A stretch of 64,000 nt of DNA from the human T2T-CHM13v2.0 reference genome, Homo sapiens: the NCBI RefSeq assembly GCF_009914755.1, contig NC_060926.1. One strand, given 5' to 3'. The notes under the pieces are model-generated. The model saw only the letters and a program-made list of their open reading frames with translations, did no database searches and was not told where the DNA came from. The translations under genes were made by a program, and so were the position numbers. This document shows positions 59,222 through 64,000 of the stretch, in pieces. Numbering within the stretch: position 1 is the first letter of the stretch; every line of letters starts with the position of its first letter.

Positions 59222-61397
59222 TCTGGCTTTTTCTTTCTTTCTTCCTTTCTTTTCTTTTCTTCTTTCTTTTTTTCCTCTTTACTTTCTCACTCTATTTCGT
59301 TCCTAATATAGATTTTTACAGCTAATAATTTCCCTGTAAGTTCTTCTTTACTATATATCATAAATTTTTGTATTTTGTGTTTTCATTTTCATTCTTCTCA
59401 AAGCATTTTATTATTTCTGTTGTTATTTATTTCTTGATTCATTGGTTATTTAGGTAACTGTTGTTTAGTATCTATATATTTGTGAATTTCCCAAATTGCC
59501 TTCCATTATTGATTTTTAATATAATTTCATTTGGGTCAAATAACATACTTTTTATAATTTCAATACTTTTCCATTCATTGAAACATGTTTTGTGGCCTAA
59601 CATATGATCTCACCTAGAAAATATTTCATGCAAACCTCATAAGTATGTGTGTATTTTCTGCTAGCATTTCTGTCTGTAAGATCTTTTTGCTTTAGAATGT
59701 TGTTTGTCTTCTATTTTATTACTGATGTTCTGCCTACTGGTTCTATCCATTGCTGAAATCAAGGTTTTGAAGTCTCCAACTATTTATTATTAAATTGTTT
59801 ATTTTCCCTTTCAATTCTATAAATTTTTGCTTCATATATTTGTGAGCTCTATTATTATGTGCATACATATTTATAATTGTTTTATTTTTCTGATAGAATG
59901 GCCCTTTTATTATTGCATAATTTTTATCTTTGTCTCTAGTAAGAATTTTTGCCTTAGAGTGTATTTCATTTGATGTTAGTGAAACCATTCTATCCTTGTT
60001 TTGTTTACCAGTTTCATGGTATACCTTTTTCACCTTTTTATTTTAAACTTATTAGTGTCTTCAATTTAGAATATATCCTTTGTATACAGCATATAATTAT
60101 TTTAAAAAAATTTATCCTGTCAACCTACACATTTTGATTCATGTGTTTATTTTCATTTAATGCAATTATTAATAAGGTAGAACATATATTGGCCATTTAT
60201 TTAATAATATTTGTTTTCTACATATCATATGTCATTTTTGTTTCTCCATTCTTGGATTTCTCACTCCTTTTTTGTTAGATATTTTCTGCTGTATCTTTTA
60301 TATTTGCTATTGTTCCTTTTTACTATTTTTTGTGTTATTTATTTAGCCATTGCCTTGTAATTTACAACTAGCATCTTAATTTAGAAAAAATTTGTTCAGA
60401 TAAAATACTAATTTAATTTCAATGGCATACAAACATTATTCCAACTTCATTTCATGTTTTTCACCCCTTTGTACTGTAATTTTCATACAAGTTATATCTT
60501 TATATGTTATAACCCAATCAACACGCTTTTATAATAATTGTTTTTATGCAGCTATGTTCTAAAACAAGTAGGATAAGAAAGGAGTTACAAGCAAATGTGT
60601 TTATGTTTTCTTTCATAATAACTGTGTGGATACTTTTACTAGGTCATTTTGTGTCTTCATGTGGTTTCAAGTGACTATTTATTGTCATTTCATTTCAGCC
60701 TGAAGGACTTCTTCCTTTAGTGTTTCCTTAGAGCGGGGCTAAAAGTAACAAATGCTCTCAGGTTTTGTTTATTTAGAAATGACAACTTCTCCTTCCTTTA
60801 TGAGAGAAAGTTTAGCTCGATATAGAATTCTTTGTTGACAAGCTTTTTCTTTTAATACTTTGAAGACGTCAACCTAAATCTCTTCTGACCTCTGTGGTTT
60901 CTTATGAAAAGTCAGCTGTTATTATAATTGAGGGTTCCTTGTATGTGATGTTATGTTTTTAGTGCTGTTTTCATTAATTTCTCTTTGTCTAAGTTTTGTC
61001 AACTTGACTATGATCTATCTATGTGTGGATCTTTTTGAGCAGAATTTTTTTGAGTAGAAACTTGGAATTTTTTGAACTTCTTAAGTATATATATTATGTT
61101 TTATCAAATCGAGAAGGTTGGAGTCATTATTTTTTAAAACTTGTTTCTACATATTTCTCCTTTTCTTCTCTATAGTCTTTATGGTTTTCCTTCTTTTTAA
61201 ATATTGGATATGTCTCACTCTATACATTATTTATATGTGTCTCTTAAAATAGTAACTTTAAATTATAATTTTAATAAAACATGGTCTAATAATCTAAATA
61301 TTACTCTCAGGGTTTTCCAGTGACATTTTTTAAAACAAGATAATGAAAACATATATTGTAAAATATAAATATTTACACTATCTGATATGAAGTTCAT

Positions 61398-61581
61398 TAG
61401 ATACATGTGGCTACTTAATTTTTAATTAATTAAAATCATGTAAAATTTAAAATTCCATCTTTCAGTCACACTATCCACATTACAAGTTTTCAATAGCTAA
61501 ATGAAACCAACAGCTACTACATTGTACAGCGTAGAGATAAAACATTTTCATCATCACAGAAATTTCTGTTAGATAGAACTG
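61398..61581 (+). mobile_element. MER3-like DNA transposon
   Basis: catgtggctact...cagtcacactatccacatt.caag...aacattttcatcatcacagaaatttctgttagatagaactg. Confidence 0.7.
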
Positions 61582-61829
61582 TTGCAGATGTATATATCAT
61601 AAAAAATTCCCCCTTCATAACTCAGTACCCATTTTTGAATGAAGCCATGTAAATATTTGTATCTGTCAAAAATCTTCTACAGAAATATGTTTGTATATAT
61701 CTTCATGGATCTATACATAAACAATATAATATTCTATAATATATACATTTATATGTGTGTGTATGTGTATATGTAAGTGTATACGTCTACATTATATTTA
61801 ATTTCAACAGTACATATGGTCTATACTTT

Positions 61830-62330
61830 TTATCCACTTAATGTATCTTGAAGAGCTTTTTATATGAACTTTTTTAAAACAAAAAAAATTGTGTAATAGC
61901 ACCATAAAGTGTTCTTGTATGATGTATTACCACTGGTTTAAATATTTTTCTATTACATTACTGCTCCAAAACAAACATAAACAAACAGCAAAGCAGGCAT
62001 ATTTCAAATATATATGTAGGCTAAATATATTCCAGTGTATTGGTGAGTCAAAGAAAGTTTATATTGCAATTTATTAGATAATATCAAATTTCATTAATCA
62101 AACCCACCAATAGTGTATGATACTCTCTGTTAGTCCACTCTTCCTGTTGTTGGGTATTGTTCAACCTTTTAGTTATTTTCAATTTGGCTGATAAAAGATA
62201 GAATTTAATCCTTATGTTGATTTACAATGATTTAATTATGAGAGAGGTTGAGAATCATCTTTTTATATGTGCATTGGCCATTGTTGTTTTCTGGTGTTTG
62301 AATTCCTGTGCATAAGTCTTTCATATTGGG
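61830..62330 (-). mobile_element. Very old L1ME-like fragment
   Basis: acccaccaatagtgtatga...gagaggttgagaatcatctttttatatgtgcattggccatt. Confidence 0.6.
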
Positions 62331-63589
62331 ACTTTGCAAATGACACTCATGGCAGGAACATTTTAAAAAAATATTTGTACTTAGTCTTAATCTAACTGGA
62401 ATTATTCATTCATTAATATCTGTAAAGTCCACTGAAAGGATGTTCTGTGTTTCACATATCTTAATAAACCTTTATCTGTTGAAACTGGCCTGAAAGAAGA
62501 AATGAATGAATGTAAAGGAAGAGAGAACAATGGGAACAGTTGTGAGTAAATGTCTATAATTAACTCATTCAGTTATAAACACCTGTTTAATAAAATTGGA
62601 GGAATCATCTACCCTATAAGAGTTGGAAATATTACCCTTAAATTTTCCTTCAGTTTTTAAAATGAAATAAAATGAATAATGAAAAAATAAACACACACAC
62701 TGAACACCTTCTTCCAGCCTTAGGATTAATTCAGCCTCTATTTGGACATTGAAAAACATGCATAAAACTGATTTATCTTAGCATTCTACACACTTCACAA
62801 AAAAATTGAAGCTATTGGTGAACATTTCTGAGAAAGTGGACAATACAAGAAAAGGCTTTTGGATTTGGGCCATAAAAATGCAAGTTTAGTGCATGACAAC
62901 TCAACTAGTGAATGTCTGCCTCAGCTCCTAAGCACAGTTGAGGAGATCAGCAGTGTTTGCAGATGTTCTTGGGAGACAGTAAAATAGAACCCGGTTCTTA
63001 CTTCAGAGCTTGAGATTTTGCTCAAGACATTGAATCTGGAGGCAGCTCTTGATTGTTTCTTATTGTCATTGTCACTAAATTGGACTTGATTTTATAGGCC
63101 TTCTTTCTTTCCCCAACTAAGCAGAAAGTGCCACCAGGGATGTAAATCTAAAATTATTCTTTTCCTTTATTTTTGTTATTTGCTTTGGCATGGAAGGGTC
63201 ATTTATGATATCTCTGCTTATCAAAAGGATACTGACAAATAAACAGGAAACAGCAAATCAATCTATTATTAGGAGTCCCGAACAGGAGGTATAATGTTAC
63301 ATCGGTTAATATATTCAAGAAATATTGATATTCTAAGCTGAAAACCTGAGCCTTGTTATTCTTTGTTTTTTTTTTTTTTTTTCCAAGTGAATTGCACATT
63401 CAGAATCTTCTTAATGGTCAGATCCTTATATTTTTTGTTGCTTGCATCCTGTATCTGTTATAATTTCATGTTAAAATTAGAGGATGGAGATATTTTAGCA
63501 TACCAATATGCTAAGTTGTAAATTATGAAGACATAATGAAAACTCTTAGTTAACTTAGAGAATGTTAATGTAATTAATATGTAAAAACT

Positions 63590-64000
63590 CTTCCAAATCA
63601 ATTGAAAATGAACAAAAAATGTAAATGGACTTTTTATCAAAAAATATTGTTGATAAATTTAAAAGCTGCTTAACATAATTCACAAACAGGAATATTTATC
63701 AACAAGAAGATAGTATTTTTCACATATCCTATTGGCAAAGATTAACCCTGATGTTACCATGTATTGGAAAGACTGTGGAATAATAGAGCCTCTTACTCCT
63801 TGATAGCAGGAATGTCATTTGTGTTTTTACTTTGGGTAAAATTTTGTCATTATTGTGTGAAGTATAACTTTCACATGCCCTGTAATCTAAAAATTCCTTC
63901 CTAGGTATATACCATAAGGAAGCAATTGCACGTGTATTTCAGGAAACAGGAACAGGGAGGTTTATTCAGTCATAGTTGCAAACAACCACTGGTCTCCTCA
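63590..64000 (+). mobile_element. Very old L1ME-like fragment
   Basis: ttggcaaagattaa...catgccctgtaatctaaaaattccttcctaggtatatacc. Confidence 0.5.

Larger units (their letters stand above)
56540..61160 (-). mobile_element. Old L1M, antisense, spanning ORF2 into ORF1-like sequence, with Alus inserted
   Basis: T-rich L1 antisense sequence (ggagaaatgtctgttcaa; tttgtctggttttgatatca). The minus ORF at 59743-60033 gives the EN-domain remnant TIINMYAHNNRAHKYMKQK. Confidence 0.85.
46396..64000 (+). other. DPP10: DPP10 intron downstream of the exon (continues past the window)
   Basis: Begins with GTAAGT. The expected next peptide (VTFKASRHSV...) was not seen in the remaining sequence. Confidence 0.75.

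Overview
Human genomic DNA: AT-rich, CpG-poor and dense in retrotransposons, with a human-specific L1HS-Ta insertion. The whole 64 kb appears to lie inside one + strand gene. The only real coding segment is a 95-nt internal exon at 46301-46395 (missed by the ORF track) that translates to (D)TDVVYKSENGHVIKLNIETNATTLLLENTTF, which I recognise as DPP10. The rest is intron. It holds a full-length disabled RPSA processed pseudogene with an Alu in its 3'UTR, a 5'-truncated L1HS Ta-1, older L1PA/L1M/L2/MIR relics, about 15 Alus, MaLR and ERV1 LTRs (several nested with readable target-site duplications), MER DNA transposons and microsatellites. I found no convincing novel biological system. The best leads are a competing 'poison' splice acceptor 56 nt upstream of the DPP10 exon, the odd structure of the young L1 (mixed-age bases, ambiguous TSD or 3' transduction), DUX4-type motifs in MaLR LTRs, and several small duplication or template-switch scars. 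Repeat subfamily names come from my memory of consensus sequences, and boundaries of old repeats are approximate.
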